This document shows positions 28,057 to 38,180 of a DNA stretch of 51,167 nucleotides, in pieces. How positions within the stretch are numbered: position 1 is the first letter of the stretch; the number at the start of each line of letters is the position of its first letter. The position numbers were made by a program, and so were the translations under genes. Origin of the DNA: Deltaproteobacteria bacterium (GTDB taxonomy: Bacteria; Desulfobacterota; Desulfobacteria; Desulfobacterales; Magnetomoraceae); contig PEAL01000001.1 of NCBI GenBank assembly GCA_002753725.1, positions 1 to 51,167 on the forward strand. The letters run 5' to 3'. The notes below the pieces were generated by a model. That model was not told where the DNA came from. It saw only the letters and a program-made list of their open reading frames with translations, and did not search any database.

Positions 28057-28431
28057 TTATGCTTTCCATAAACCATGAAGATTACAGAATTCACGGGCTA
28101 TAATTGTATCAGCTTCAACAGGAAAGGTTGCTTCTGGTGTATCACCCGGGTTTAAGAATTGTCTGTAGGCTTTTCCACCTGCCAAAATTTCAATCCATTC
28201 AATAGAGTGTTTTTCGTCCATTGGATGAGCAACCTCACCCACTTTGACTTTAACACCACCAGGCACTTTTTCGATAACTGGCACATGTTTTTCTTTTGCT
28301 GCGTCAACCGTGTTTTCTTTCATAAAAACCATTGGTTTTCCGCAACATACGAGTTCTCCTGCTCCAGCATGGATAACCTCTACCATGTTGCCACATATTT
28401 CACATTTATATATTCCGAGTTTTTCCGCCAT
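28057..28431 (-). CDS. dfx: Desulfoferrodoxin (2Fe superoxide reductase)
   Basis: N-terminal desulforedoxin-like [10 protein letters not shown] ... CCGKPM, then an SOR domain (KHVPVIE ... [13 protein letters not shown] ... CNLHGLW). Confidence 0.93.
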   Translation of the reverse strand: MAEKLGIYKCEICGNMVEVIHAGAGELVCCGKPMVFMKENTVDAAKEKHVPVIEKVPGGVKVKVGEVAHPMDEKHSIEWIEILAGGKAYRQFLNPGDTPEATFPVEADTIIAREFCNLHGLWKA

Positions 28432-28451
28432 TATACGTACCTCCTTAGGGA

Positions 28452-29027
28452 TTAATAATTATCCGGCAATATTTCAAAATAAGCCTGTGGATGCGCACAT
28501 GCAGGGCAAGCACCAGGGGCTTCTGTTCCATCGTGGACATATCCACAATTTCTGCATCGCCATGTTACGCTTGAATCCTTTTTAAATGCCTTTCCTGTTT
28601 CAATGTTTTTTGCAAAGGCATTGAATCTATTTTCATGTTGTTTTTCAGCAATAGAAATAGCATCGTATACCATCGCAATGGCCTCAAAACCTTCTTCTCG
28701 TGCTATTTTTGCGAATTCAGGATACATTTGGGTATGCTCGTGATTTTCACCGGCAGCCGATGCCTGTAAATTCTCCAGGGTGGAACCAATTACACCAGCA
28801 GGAAAGGATGCTTGAATGTCAAGTTCACCACCTTCTAAAAATTTAAAAAACCGCTTGGCATGTTCCTTTTCCTGGTTTGCTGTTTCTTCAAAAGCATCAG
28901 CAACCTGAACATAGCCTTCTTTTTTAGCCTTGCTTGCGAAATACGTATATCGATTTCGCGCTTGAGATTCACCAGCAAATGAGGCCAATAAATTTCTCTC
29001 CGTTTTCGTGCCTTTAAGACTTGCCAT
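28452..29027 (-). CDS. rbr: Rubrerythrin
   Basis: [23 protein letters not shown] diiron four-helix motifs (ExxH) plus a C-terminal rubredoxin-like [10 protein letters not shown] ... CPACAHP. Confidence 0.93.
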   Translation of the reverse strand: MASLKGTKTERNLLASFAGESQARNRYTYFASKAKKEGYVQVADAFEETANQEKEHAKRFFKFLEGGELDIQASFPAGVIGSTLENLQASAAGENHEHTQMYPEFAKIAREEGFEAIAMVYDAISIAEKQHENRFNAFAKNIETGKAFKKDSSVTWRCRNCGYVHDGTEAPGACPACAHPQAYFEILPDNY

Positions 29028-29144
29028 AAAAAAACCTCCTTGTTATTAATGATATGAATCACTCGTTATTTAATATGAACCACGTAACGATAATTCAATT
29101 TTTTGTCAAGAACAATATCTATAATTAACAATTATGAACGATTG

Positions 29145-30944
29145 TTAAAGCATTGCCCGCTTGAATTTATCCAACTGTTTTTGATAATGCTCAGGATTTT
29201 TTAAATCCATTGTCATCACTTTCTCAGCCAGTCGTACCGCCTGTTCAAAATAGCCATTGATATAATAGGCCTCCGCCAATGTATCTAATATATAATGACT
29301 GGATTCTAATTCTGCCGCTTTTTGGGCCAGAACAAGAGCTTTTTCCGGATTGCGTAATTTTTTTTGATGACAGGTCGCATACAGCCATGCCAAATTGTTG
29401 AGAACAGTAGCGTTATGGGGGGCAAGATGTATGGAAACGCTAAATGCATCAATGGCTGTTTGATAGTGTTTGTTAAGTAAGGCAGCATCGCCCAAAAGTG
29501 TGTATAGCTCGGCGTTTTTCGGTTCTTTTTCAATGACCGCCTGGATATATTCTTCTGCATGCATTAAAAACAGCATATTTTCTAAATTATCCGGTAGCTG
29601 AAAGCTGATCCCAATTAAAAGGCAAATTCCCAGAATGTAGGCAATCATGCCTCGTTTAATTTTTCGGTCATGATGTGAGATCCAGCGAGGGTCAGCCTCG
29701 CAACGTTCAAGATAATCAATACGTTGAGCAATACTGAAATGATGCCAATTGGGCTGTGTTGCTGGACGTCCGCTGAAAAAAGTAATTTTTTTAAAAGCAT
29801 TGACAAGGGGGAGTGCAGACCCAATCATTTGAAAAGCATAAATATCAGCTTCACGCTCAAAGTTCCGCATAAAAAAACCAAAGAGTACACGAAAATAGAA
29901 AATAAAAAAGAAAATCATACATATTGTGAACATTAGTGAAGCGATGTTCATTTGATCCGGTCCCATTGTTTTGAAAAAAAAATACATCCCATATTTTACA
30001 AAATTAACAATGGCAAATGAAAAAGCCAGCACGGCCATAAAATATTTAATCAGATGCTTTTTTTTGACATGGCCAATTTCATGAGCAATGACGGATTCCA
30101 GTTCTTCAATGGTCAGTGTTTCAATGAGAGCCTCTGTCACAAGGATGTAACGAACTTTTTTGGTCAGGCCCATGACACCTGCTGTAATCATTTTCCCACC
30201 GAAAATTGGCCAATATAAAATGTTTGCATATTGCACACCAGCTTTTTGGCAGGTGGCATCAATCCGGTCTCGACAAAATCCATCGGGTAATGGTTTGCAT
30301 CTCCATAAAAATTTGACAATTTTAGGCGCAAAAAAAGCAATAACCAGTAACAAGAAAACAAATTGTATATTTTCTCCAATGGTTGAACTGAGCATGGTTT
30401 TAAAAGTACAGTCTGGAAGCAATTGAAGCATATCTCCAAAAAAAGAAATAAACAACCAGGGCAGTAACATGGGAAGACTAAATGATAAGTTTGAAAAAAT
30501 ATACACCGGACGAGATGGTTTCTCCGGGTGTAAAAGGCTGTATACATTATATTCAAAGTAAAATATGATGATGATATAAACAAAAAATAATGCCAAAAAA
30601 CTGAGTGCTGTCAATGTGGGGATAGTTTGCAACAGCGGAATTCCATCAAAGAATTTTTTTAGATTCAATCCATAAATATCCAGCGTGTAAAAAAGAAGAG
30701 CAAGAATCATCAGACGTGAGGTTAACCGGTCGCACATGTCAAAATGAGAAAGTTGATGGTTTTGAATGATATCCTGTTCCAAACGTGAGAAGGCATGGCG
30801 AGCTACAGAGATAAAGATAAAAAATAAGAGATTAAATAGAATGATAGCCATTGAGTCTGAAAATAGATAAATGTCAGGTTTTTGGTAAGTTGAGAAAACA
30901 AGCAGGCTGACAATAAAATATATAAATTGAGTGAACATGTTCAA
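29145..30944 (-). CDS. Polytopic membrane M48-family Zn metallopeptidase with C-terminal TPR repeats
   Basis: About 230 aa of N-terminal TM helices, then the HEIGHVKKKH (HExxH) motif, further TM helices, and a TPR-like C-terminus (AELYTLLGDAALLNKHYQTAIDAF ..., VLNNLAWLYATC ...). Confidence 0.75.
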   Translation of the reverse strand: MNMFTQFIYFIVSLLVFSTYQKPDIYLFSDSMAIILFNLLFFIFISVARHAFSRLEQDIIQNHQLSHFDMCDRLTSRLMILALLFYTLDIYGLNLKKFFDGIPLLQTIPTLTALSFLALFFVYIIIIFYFEYNVYSLLHPEKPSRPVYIFSNLSFSLPMLLPWLFISFFGDMLQLLPDCTFKTMLSSTIGENIQFVFLLLVIAFFAPKIVKFLWRCKPLPDGFCRDRIDATCQKAGVQYANILYWPIFGGKMITAGVMGLTKKVRYILVTEALIETLTIEELESVIAHEIGHVKKKHLIKYFMAVLAFSFAIVNFVKYGMYFFFKTMGPDQMNIASLMFTICMIFFFIFYFRVLFGFFMRNFEREADIYAFQMIGSALPLVNAFKKITFFSGRPATQPNWHHFSIAQRIDYLERCEADPRWISHHDRKIKRGMIAYILGICLLIGISFQLPDNLENMLFLMHAEEYIQAVIEKEPKNAELYTLLGDAALLNKHYQTAIDAFSVSIHLAPHNATVLNNLAWLYATCHQKKLRNPEKALVLAQKAAELESSHYILDTLAEAYYINGYFEQAVRLAEKVMTMDLKNPEHYQKQLDKFKRAML

Positions 30945-31270
30945 GTCCCTGTTTCGATAAAAATGATTTCCACGGTTACATTGGTGATAGGATCATAATT
31001 GTCCAAGAGCCATCCTGCGTTGACCTTTAAATACTGTTCATAATGTTTCATAAGATTTTTGAAATTCAGATGTTTTTCTGTAATAATATGATCAATGTTT
31101 TTAAATGGGATGGTTATTTTTTCCATATCTTTGAAAAGTTCACGGGAAAAATAATTAAACAGGCGTTTTGGTATAAAGGGTGATGCAAATCGAACATAAA
31201 CGTTACCATCTCTATAAGTATAAAAATGCATTGTATTATTGATTGGCCCATAAGCTGAAAACCTTCTCAT
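30941..31270 (-). CDS. Hypothetical 109-aa protein (no recognisable motif)
   Basis: Its ORF has 4-nt overlaps at both ends with queH upstream and the M48 peptidase downstream, implying translational coupling. There is no TM segment or signal peptide. Confidence 0.5.
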   Translation of the reverse strand: MRRFSAYGPINNTMHFYTYRDGNVYVRFASPFIPKRLFNYFSRELFKDMEKITIPFKNIDHIITEKHLNFKNLMKHYEQYLKVNAGWLLDNYDPITNVTVEIIFIETGT

Positions 31271-31857
31271 AAAGAACCTTTCTTCTCAGATTTTCGATAG
31301 TCGTAAGTGCTTGAGTCAGGACGAATCTTTTTATAAAATCGTTCTTTTTCGCTGTAGATACAGCCACAATACTGCTGACGATACAAATTCAAATTTTTGG
31401 ATAATTCAATGCCTTGTTTCCATCCATCACGAAAATCTTCATAATAAAAGGGGATACCGTAAGTTTTTTCAAGATCCGCTCCCATTTCCCGGATCAGATC
31501 ATGGCTTTGAAACTTACTATAGAGCAACGTGCTGGTAAAAAAGTCGAATTTACCTCTTCGTGCCACAATTGCCGTGCTTTTTAGGCGATCATGGTAACAT
31601 ATGCGGCATCGGTTATTTTCTCTGAAAGCCACTTGTTGAATCCACTTTTCCAGAGGATATTCATCTGAGTAGATGACACGAAGATTCATTTGAGAGGCGT
31701 ATGTTATAAGTGTTTGTTTTCTAAGATCGAATTCATAAAAGGGATGAATGTTGGGGTTATAAAAATATCCCATAATATCAATAGTGTTATTCATAAAACA
31801 GGATATCGGATACACGGCACATGGTGCACAACAAATATGAATCAGGCCTTTCATCAT
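31267..31857 (-). CDS. queH: Epoxyqueuosine reductase QueH (DUF208 family)
   Basis: LIHICCAPCAVYP N-terminal Cys motif, the RCRICY motif, and a C-terminal QQYCGCIYSE, all characteristic of QueH. Confidence 0.85.
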   Translation of the reverse strand: MMKGLIHICCAPCAVYPISCFMNNTIDIMGYFYNPNIHPFYEFDLRKQTLITYASQMNLRVIYSDEYPLEKWIQQVAFRENNRCRICYHDRLKSTAIVARRGKFDFFTSTLLYSKFQSHDLIREMGADLEKTYGIPFYYEDFRDGWKQGIELSKNLNLYRQQYCGCIYSEKERFYKKIRPDSSTYDYRKSEKKGSL

Positions 31858-31949
31858 TTCATCTTTTCAATGGATCAAAGAATATTGAGAATTGAAAGTA
31901 ACACGTTGAGTGAACCAACTGTTTTGTTAACTGTCATTGATCACAATGA

Positions 31950-32315
31950 TTATCTAAGAGGTATATTTAAAATTTCTTCTTCAATGGCATCTGGATCTTC
32001 TGCATTGTACATGGCAATATTTTTCAAGTGAGCAAAACTATCAGGGTCCATACCTTCAAATATAATACCAAACCCACCCGGGGCATGTCGTGTGACCACG
32101 CCATCCATGTCCAGGCTGATTTCATCAACCCCTCCGGGAAGAATAATCTTAACATGACAGATCGTACCAAGATCTAATACTTCATCAGATTCCACAAAAA
32201 GGCCATTTAAACTAAGGTCCTTAGAATTGGCTTGGGTCGCAATTTCAGAACCTTCAACAGAAATAATGACCTGTGTTGAAAACTCTACGCGCGTCCTTCT
32301 TCGTTTTTCGTTCAT
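31950..32315 (-). CDS. PilZ domain protein (putative c-di-GMP receptor)
   Basis: RRRTR (RxxxR) and DLSLNG (DxSxxG) c-di-GMP-binding motifs at the right spacing. The start is taken at MNEKRRR; the ORF-track start is 32330. Confidence 0.75.
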   Translation of the reverse strand: MNEKRRRTRVEFSTQVIISVEGSEIATQANSKDLSLNGLFVESDEVLDLGTICHVKIILPGGVDEISLDMDGVVTRHAPGGFGIIFEGMDPDSFAHLKNIAMYNAEDPDAIEEEILNIPLR

Positions 32316-32392
32316 AAAAAATCCTCTCATGAAAACTCAATATTAGGGTTGTGAGCCAGTGACCGGTTTAATTGTTTTTTTCACCGTGAAAA

Positions 32393-33430
32393 TCACATTT
32401 CCGATGATAGTTGGCCACACGCTGCTGAAATATCCGAACCTTTACTTTGACGTATAATAGCGGTATAATTATTTTTTATCAAGATATTTTGAAAAGTCTC
32501 AATACTGGAATCATCTGGACGTTCAAATTTGCTTTTAAGATGGGGATTGTATGGAATCAGGTTAATTTTTGAGTAAACACCACGCAACAACTCACAGAGC
32601 TTTTTCGCATGTTTGATACCATCATTAATATGTTTTATCAAAACATATTCTATTGTAATTCTTCGACCGGGGCGTAACGGGTAATTTCGGCAAGTGGATA
32701 GCAGCTGTTCAATGGGATATGTTCGATTGATCGGCATTAGCATATCACGGGTTTGGTTGTCGGTTGCATTCAAAGAAACAGCCAATTGAACGGGAGAATC
32801 CTGGCTAAATTTGACCATATTGGGAACAATGCCGCAGGTTGACAGGGTCACTTTTCGCGTTGAAAATTGGAACCCATATGTAGAGTTAATCAAAATATCA
32901 ATGGCCTTTACCACATTTTGATAATTGGCCAGCGGTTCGCCCATTCCCATCAGTACAATATTTTTCAAGGGCAGGTTGTTACCTTCCAAGTCCCGCATGA
33001 CCATCTGAACCTGCGCCACAATTTCATCATGAGTAAGATTGCGTGAAAAACCTTGTTTTGCTGTCAGACAAAATGCACATCCCTGAGCACACCCCACTTG
33101 TGAGGAAATGCACAAAGTGTAATGGTTACGTTCTGGAATCATTACACTTTCAACATAGTGATCATCATATAAGCGAAAGGCATATTTTTTGGACCCATCT
33201 GTTGACGTTTGAACATGGGCAGGGATAATGCTTGAAATAATAAAATGTTCAGCCAGCTTGTGACGTAAGGAAAGGGAAATGTCCGTCATGGCTTGAAAAT
33301 CATCCGTTTGATGTTTATATATCCATTTAAAAATCTGTGTTGCCCGATAAGGCTTAACGCTATTATTTACCAGCCATTGTTCAAAGGCATTCAATGATAA
33401 AGATTTGATATTCATGTAAGGCATCGTCAT
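32393..33430 (-). CDS. rlmN: 23S rRNA / tRNA adenine-C2 methyltransferase RlmN (radical SAM)
   Basis: Radical-SAM CAQGCAFC (CxxxCxxC), MGMGEPLANY, and C-terminal SDISAACGQL. The start is ambiguous among ATGs at 33511, 33430 and 33415. Confidence 0.9.
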   Translation of the reverse strand: MTMPYMNIKSLSLNAFEQWLVNNSVKPYRATQIFKWIYKHQTDDFQAMTDISLSLRHKLAEHFIISSIIPAHVQTSTDGSKKYAFRLYDDHYVESVMIPERNHYTLCISSQVGCAQGCAFCLTAKQGFSRNLTHDEIVAQVQMVMRDLEGNNLPLKNIVLMGMGEPLANYQNVVKAIDILINSTYGFQFSTRKVTLSTCGIVPNMVKFSQDSPVQLAVSLNATDNQTRDMLMPINRTYPIEQLLSTCRNYPLRPGRRITIEYVLIKHINDGIKHAKKLCELLRGVYSKINLIPYNPHLKSKFERPDDSSIETFQNILIKNNYTAIIRQSKGSDISAACGQLSSEM

Positions 33431-33775
33431 CGTTTCCTTTAAAATTGTTTTTTTTATTATCATGGCACAAATATTGAATAATTGAAACCTCAAAAATATA
33501 TGTTGATTCATGTAAAGATATCGTTATTTAATATTGTTCAAAAAAAATATCTCTGTTGGCATACAACTTGATACAATCTGTATTTTTTTAACTGGACAAT
33601 AAATGTTTTTTTGAGGGAATTCCCTCTGTTGCTCTTTGGCATAACTATGGGCATCAACAAGAAGGTAGACATCTTCTATTTATGTGATTTTGATTCATAT
33701 TCTATTTTTTTTAACTTGACAATCCTTGAATATCATATTATCTATAAAACTTTTATAATCCTTGTGAGAGTTTCC

Positions 33776-35104
33776 ATGTTTGAAAATTTAAATGACAGAC
33801 TTAATAATATATTCAAGAAACTCAAAGGACACGGCAAGTTAACAGAAAAAAATATTGAAGATGGTCTCAAAGAAGTTCGGATGGCTTTGCTTGAGGCGGA
33901 TGTTCATTATAAAGTTGTTAAAAAATTCATTGCCAGCGTCAAAGATCGGGCTCTTGGTCAGGAAGTTTTGGCAAGTTTAACCCCTGGACAACAGGTGGTT
34001 AAGGTTGTTAATGAAGAGTTGACCGTGCTAATGGGCCAGGAAAATGAAGAGCTTCGAATTGCAGGACCAACCCCCATTCCAGTCATGTTGATTGGTCTTC
34101 AAGGGTCGGGCAAGACGACATCGGCAGGTAAGCTTGCAAAATTGCTTCGAACCAAAGGACGAAAACCATACTTGGTTCCAGCAGATGTTTATCGGCCAGC
34201 TGCAATCGATCAGCTTCAAAAAATTGGCAATGAAATCAATTTACCGGTTTTTCCTTCAACGGTAAAAATGGACCCTGTTGATATTTGTATTCAGGCGAGA
34301 GAGCGTGCAGCACAAGAAAATTGTGATACCCTGATTATCGATACCGCAGGACGGCTTCATTTGGATGATACGTTAATGAATGAACTCAAACGTATCAAAA
34401 AAGCCGTATCTCCCTCAGATATTCTGCTCGTGGCCGATGCAATGACTGGCCAGGATGCTGTGAATATCGCAAAGTCTTTTGATGACACCCTGGATTTGGG
34501 TGGAATTCTATTGACCAAAATGGATGGCGACGCCCGCGGCGGTGCTGCCCTTTCGATCAAAGCCATTACCGGAAAGCCCATTAAATTTCTGGGCATTGGC
34601 GAGAAATTGAATGATATAGAAGCCTTTCATCCGGAACGTATGGCATCCAGAATTCTGGGTATGGGCGATGTTCTGACATTGATCGAAAAAGCGCAATCGG
34701 TTGTTGATGAAAAAAAGGCTCTTGAGCTTGAGGAAAAACTTCGCAAAAGTCAGTTTACCCTGGAAGATTTTCGGGATCAAATGGTTCAAATCCGAAAAAT
34801 GGGGTCATTGACAGATATTATAGGTATGATTCCCGGTTTGGGAAATCTCAAGCAAATGAAAAACATGGAGGTTGATGACCGCGAGTTGGTCCGAATTGAA
34901 GCAATTATCAATTCAATGACCCGGCAGGAAAGGTATCAACCCAATGTTATCAATGGCAGCCGAAGAAAACGTATTGCGCGTGGCAGCGGAACAAACGTTC
35001 AAGATGTCAACCGTCTTCTGAAAAATTATTCGCAGGTCATGAAGATGATTAAAAAATTTAATAAGGGTGGCATGCGTAGCTTACGCGGTTTGATGCCATT
35101 TTGA
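33776..35104 (+). CDS. ffh: Signal recognition particle protein Ffh
   Basis: MFENLNDRLNNIFKKLKG N-domain, GTPase motifs GLQGSGKTT, DTAGR and TKMDGD, and a Met-rich M-domain. The start is set at ATG 33776, not the TTG at 33611. Confidence 0.95.
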   Translation: MFENLNDRLNNIFKKLKGHGKLTEKNIEDGLKEVRMALLEADVHYKVVKKFIASVKDRALGQEVLASLTPGQQVVKVVNEELTVLMGQENEELRIAGPTPIPVMLIGLQGSGKTTSAGKLAKLLRTKGRKPYLVPADVYRPAAIDQLQKIGNEINLPVFPSTVKMDPVDICIQARERAAQENCDTLIIDTAGRLHLDDTLMNELKRIKKAVSPSDILLVADAMTGQDAVNIAKSFDDTLDLGGILLTKMDGDARGGAALSIKAITGKPIKFLGIGEKLNDIEAFHPERMASRILGMGDVLTLIEKAQSVVDEKKALELEEKLRKSQFTLEDFRDQMVQIRKMGSLTDIIGMIPGLGNLKQMKNMEVDDRELVRIEAIINSMTRQERYQPNVINGSRRKRIARGSGTNVQDVNRLLKNYSQVMKMIKKFNKGGMRSLRGLMPF

Positions 35105-35119
35105 AGGAGAATAACAAAG

Positions 35120-35377
35120 ATGCCCGTAAAAATTAGACTGGCCCGGCATGGCGCAAAAAAGCGTCCATTTTATCGAATTGTTGTGGCTGATAGTCAAAGC
35201 CGAAGAGATGGTCGGTTTATCGAGAACATTGGAACATATAACCCTCTGACCGATCCTGCAGCTATATCACTGAAATCTGAAAGAGTTGCGTATTGGATGG
35301 GGCAGGGAGCAATCCCAACAAATACAGTCAAAAGCATTTTAAAGAAAGAAAATACAATCCAAAAAAATGCAGCATAA
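35120..35377 (+). CDS. rpsP: 30S ribosomal protein S16
   Basis: [35 protein letters not shown] is the canonical S16 N-terminus. Confidence 0.95.
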   Translation: MPVKIRLARHGAKKRPFYRIVVADSQSRRDGRFIENIGTYNPLTDPAAISLKSERVAYWMGQGAIPTNTVKSILKKENTIQKNAA

Positions 35378-35493
35378 CTGTTAGAACTCTCGATAATTCC
35401 AGTTCTATACCGATTTGTAGATTCCTGGTCTATGGTTAAGGGCCATATGCCCCCATAGAAATTTTGAACTATGAAAGAAGAGGAGATGAAGTA

Positions 35494-35724
35494 ATGAAGG
35501 ATCTGATCAAGTACATTGCAGAGGCACTTGTCGACAACCCTGATGAGGTTCGTGTTTCAGAAGTGGAAGGTAACCAGACTTCTGTTTTGGAACTGAAAGT
35601 AGCCAAAGAAGATCTCGGGAAGGTCATTGGCAAACAGGGTCGCACGGCTCGCGCAATGCGAACGCTCTTAAGTGCTGCTTCCGCTAAAGTCAAAAAACGA
35701 ACTGTTCTTGAAATTATTGAATAA
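35494..35724 (+). CDS. KH-domain RNA-binding protein (YlqC / UPF0109 family)
   Basis: [18 protein letters not shown] ... [20 protein letters not shown] with a GxxG KH motif, in the conserved position between rpsP and rimM. Confidence 0.85.
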   Translation: MKDLIKYIAEALVDNPDEVRVSEVEGNQTSVLELKVAKEDLGKVIGKQGRTARAMRTLLSAASAKVKKRTVLEIIE

Positions 35725-36241
35725 TTTTCACGAACGATTTGTATTGGCGGGAAAAGTTATTGGGGTTCATGGTATCCGTGGCGTTATCAAATTTAATTCC
35801 TTTGTGGAACAAGATTTGCTGACGCCCGGCAACCTTTTTTTTTATCATTCCACGGACCACCAAATTAACCGCATTTCTATCTTATCCGTTTATTCTAATA
35901 AACGTATCTATTTGATTACGCTTGAAGGTGTTACCGATCGAACTCAGGCAGAGGCTTTCGTTGGTATCGATATTTATATCGAACGAATGGCCTTGCCTGA
36001 ACTCGATTCGGACACTTACTACTGGTTTGAAATCCAGGGACTTGATGTCGTGGATATTTCAGGTATTCACAGGGGCGTTGTCCGTTCGATTATGGAAACG
36101 GGTGGTAATGATGTTTATGTGATTGAACATAATGGTACAGAATACTTAATTCCAGCCATTACATCAGTGGTCAAAAAAATTGATATCGATCAAAACCAAA
36201 TGATTGTTGATATTCCTGAAGGTATTATCAGTGACATATAA
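35672..36241 (+). CDS. rimM: 16S rRNA processing protein RimM
   Basis: [19 protein letters not shown]-terminal motif and a PRC-barrel C-terminus. The true start may be an internal TTG near 35711, which would remove most of the overlap with the KH gene. Confidence 0.85.
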   Translation: MLLPLKSKNELFLKLLNNFHERFVLAGKVIGVHGIRGVIKFNSFVEQDLLTPGNLFFYHSTDHQINRISILSVYSNKRIYLITLEGVTDRTQAEAFVGIDIYIERMALPELDSDTYYWFEIQGLDVVDISGIHRGVVRSIMETGGNDVYVIEHNGTEYLIPAITSVVKKIDIDQNQMIVDIPEGIISDI

Positions 36242-36271
36242 ATTTGGAAAACCGCTCGATTTTAAAGCTGT

Positions 36272-37078
36272 GTGACAAAGGTGCATTTTTCAGTCCTTAC
36301 ACTTTTTCCTGAAATGTTTGATGCCCTGTTCAATCACAGTATATTCAAGCGCGCTCTTGCGCAAAACGTTATTTCTGCGGATATCTATAACATCAGGGAC
36401 TTTGCAATAGGGAAACATCATGTCACAGATGACAAACCTTATGGGGGCGGCAGTGGCATGGTACTTAAACCTGACCCTATTGTGGGCGCCATCAAATTTG
36501 CAAAAAAATGGTATCCAAATGCATTGACTCTCTTACTGACACCACAAGGTAAGACCTTTGATCAACAAATGGCCAGAGAGTTCAGTCAGGAGAATGCGTT
36601 GCTGTTGATTTGTGGCCGATACGAAGGTGTTGATGAGCGCATCGCTCTTGACCATACGGATATGGAAATATCCATTGGAAATTTTGTTTTAACCGGCGGA
36701 GAACCAGCGGCTATGATTATTATGGATGCTGTGTCACGTCTGATTCCAGGGGTTTTAGGGGCTGATGATGCGGCCCAGTTGGATTCTTTTTCCGATGGTC
36801 TTTTGGAACATGCGCAATATACACGTCCTGAAAATTTTGATGACCACCATGTTCCAGATATTTTGCTTTCCGGACATCATCAAAACATATCTGACTGGCG
36901 TCGAGAATCCTCTTTGGTTCGAACACTCCTTAAGCATCCTGATTTATTTGACAGCATTACGCTGACATCTGAAGATCTGTTAATCTTAAGGAAATGGGAA
37001 AAAACAATTGAAAAGATCATCGGGAACCAATCTTCATGTGGCGCTGCTTCATTATCCAGTACTGGGAAAAACAGGTGA
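36272..37078 (+). CDS. trmD: tRNA (guanine37-N1)-methyltransferase TrmD
   Basis: FSVLTLFPEMF, YGGGSGMVLKP, LICGRYEGVDERI and SIGNFVLTGGEPAAM motifs. GTG start. Confidence 0.95.
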   Translation: MTKVHFSVLTLFPEMFDALFNHSIFKRALAQNVISADIYNIRDFAIGKHHVTDDKPYGGGSGMVLKPDPIVGAIKFAKKWYPNALTLLLTPQGKTFDQQMAREFSQENALLLICGRYEGVDERIALDHTDMEISIGNFVLTGGEPAAMIIMDAVSRLIPGVLGADDAAQLDSFSDGLLEHAQYTRPENFDDHHVPDILLSGHHQNISDWRRESSLVRTLLKHPDLFDSITLTSEDLLILRKWEKTIEKIIGNQSSCGAASLSSTGKNR

Positions 37079-37598
37079 AACCATTGCTTCAGCCATAACC
37101 AACCTGGACTTACATGATATTGCGCGTGCTTCAAAAACCTATGGTGTTCAATCTTTTCAAGTCATCATTCCTTTGGACGATCAAAGAAGAATCGCTCAAG
37201 AAATTTGTGAACACTGGACATCCGGCCCGGGGAGTAGATCTAACCCGCATCGAAAAACATCATTTGATCTTATTCAGATATCTCCTGATATTGAATCCGC
37301 TTTAAATCATATTTGTCAACAAACTGGGAGTTTTCCACAAACCATTGCCACCTCTGCCAATATCATTGATGGCTCTATTTCATACACAACGTGCCGCCAG
37401 TTGATTCAATCAATAGAACCCAATCTCCTTATATTTGGGACAGCCTGGGGAATCGCACCTGAATTTATGGACCAATGTGATTACATTTTGAAGCCCATTC
37501 AGTCTCAATCATCTTATAATCACCTTTCGGTCAGATCGGCTGTTTCGATTGTGCTGGATCGACTTGTTGGAACGTTTGAACGATTTACTGACCACTAA
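37008..37598 (+). CDS. Predicted SAM-dependent RNA methyltransferase (uncharacterised family often found between trmD and rplS)
   Basis: The N-terminus LHVALLHYPVLGKTGETIASAITNLDLHDIARASKTYGV resembles the Methyltrn_RNA_4-type family as I recall it. It overlaps the trmD 3' end by 71 nt in another frame. Confidence 0.6.
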   Translation: MKRSSGTNLHVALLHYPVLGKTGETIASAITNLDLHDIARASKTYGVQSFQVIIPLDDQRRIAQEICEHWTSGPGSRSNPHRKTSFDLIQISPDIESALNHICQQTGSFPQTIATSANIIDGSISYTTCRQLIQSIEPNLLIFGTAWGIAPEFMDQCDYILKPIQSQSSYNHLSVRSAVSIVLDRLVGTFERFTDH

Positions 37599-37762
37599 TT
37601 TTTTTTGAATTGGATCGCAAAGATGTTTGAACAATCATAAAAACAACACTTGCTTTTTTTTCAAAACTTTAATATATAATTTCGGTTTATGTGATTGTCC
37701 GTAATTATGTATGTCTTTCATGCTTCAATCACAAAATAAAAAATTAAATTTTGAAATGGAAA

Positions 37763-38113
37763 ATGACCATGAATGCGATCAGAGCAATCGAACAAGAGAT
37801 GATCCGTATGGATATACCGGAATTTATCGCCGGTGATACGGTACAAGTCTATGTAAAAATTAGAGAAGGTGAAAAAGAACGACTTCAGGCTTTTCAAGGT
37901 GTTGTCATTGGCAGACACAATGCATCTGTTCAATCCACTTTTACGGTACGCAAAGTTTCCGGTGGAATCGGTGTGGAACGAATTTTTCCCTTGTATTCTC
38001 CAAGCATTGACCGAATTGAAGTTGTTACTCGTGGTAAAGTTCGGCGGTCAAAAATTTATTACCTGCGTAAACTTCGCGGAAAAGCCGCTCGACTTAAAGT
38101 TCGACGTACCTAA
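37763..38113 (+). CDS. rplS: 50S ribosomal protein L19
   Basis: [45 protein letters not shown] is the canonical L19 sequence. The start is ATG 37763 or 37769. Confidence 0.95.
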   Translation: MTMNAIRAIEQEMIRMDIPEFIAGDTVQVYVKIREGEKERLQAFQGVVIGRHNASVQSTFTVRKVSGGIGVERIFPLYSPSIDRIEVVTRGKVRRSKIYYLRKLRGKAARLKVRRT

Positions 38114-38180
38114 ACAAATTTTACGGCAAAAGGTTTTTCGTGTTGATGTCTTTTGTCGTTTATTTTTTTGAAATAATACT

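Noticed and set aside
33611-33775. A 55-codon N-terminal extension of ffh from a TTG start.
   Set aside because: The canonical Ffh N-terminus MFENLNDRL starts at ATG 33776, and the extension is AT-rich promoter-like DNA.
37599-37762. A possible promoter (TTGCTT-N18-TATATA) or L19 leader structure upstream of rplS.
   Set aside because: The hexamers are poor and embedded in a T9/AT-rich run, and I could not fold a convincing conserved leader by eye.
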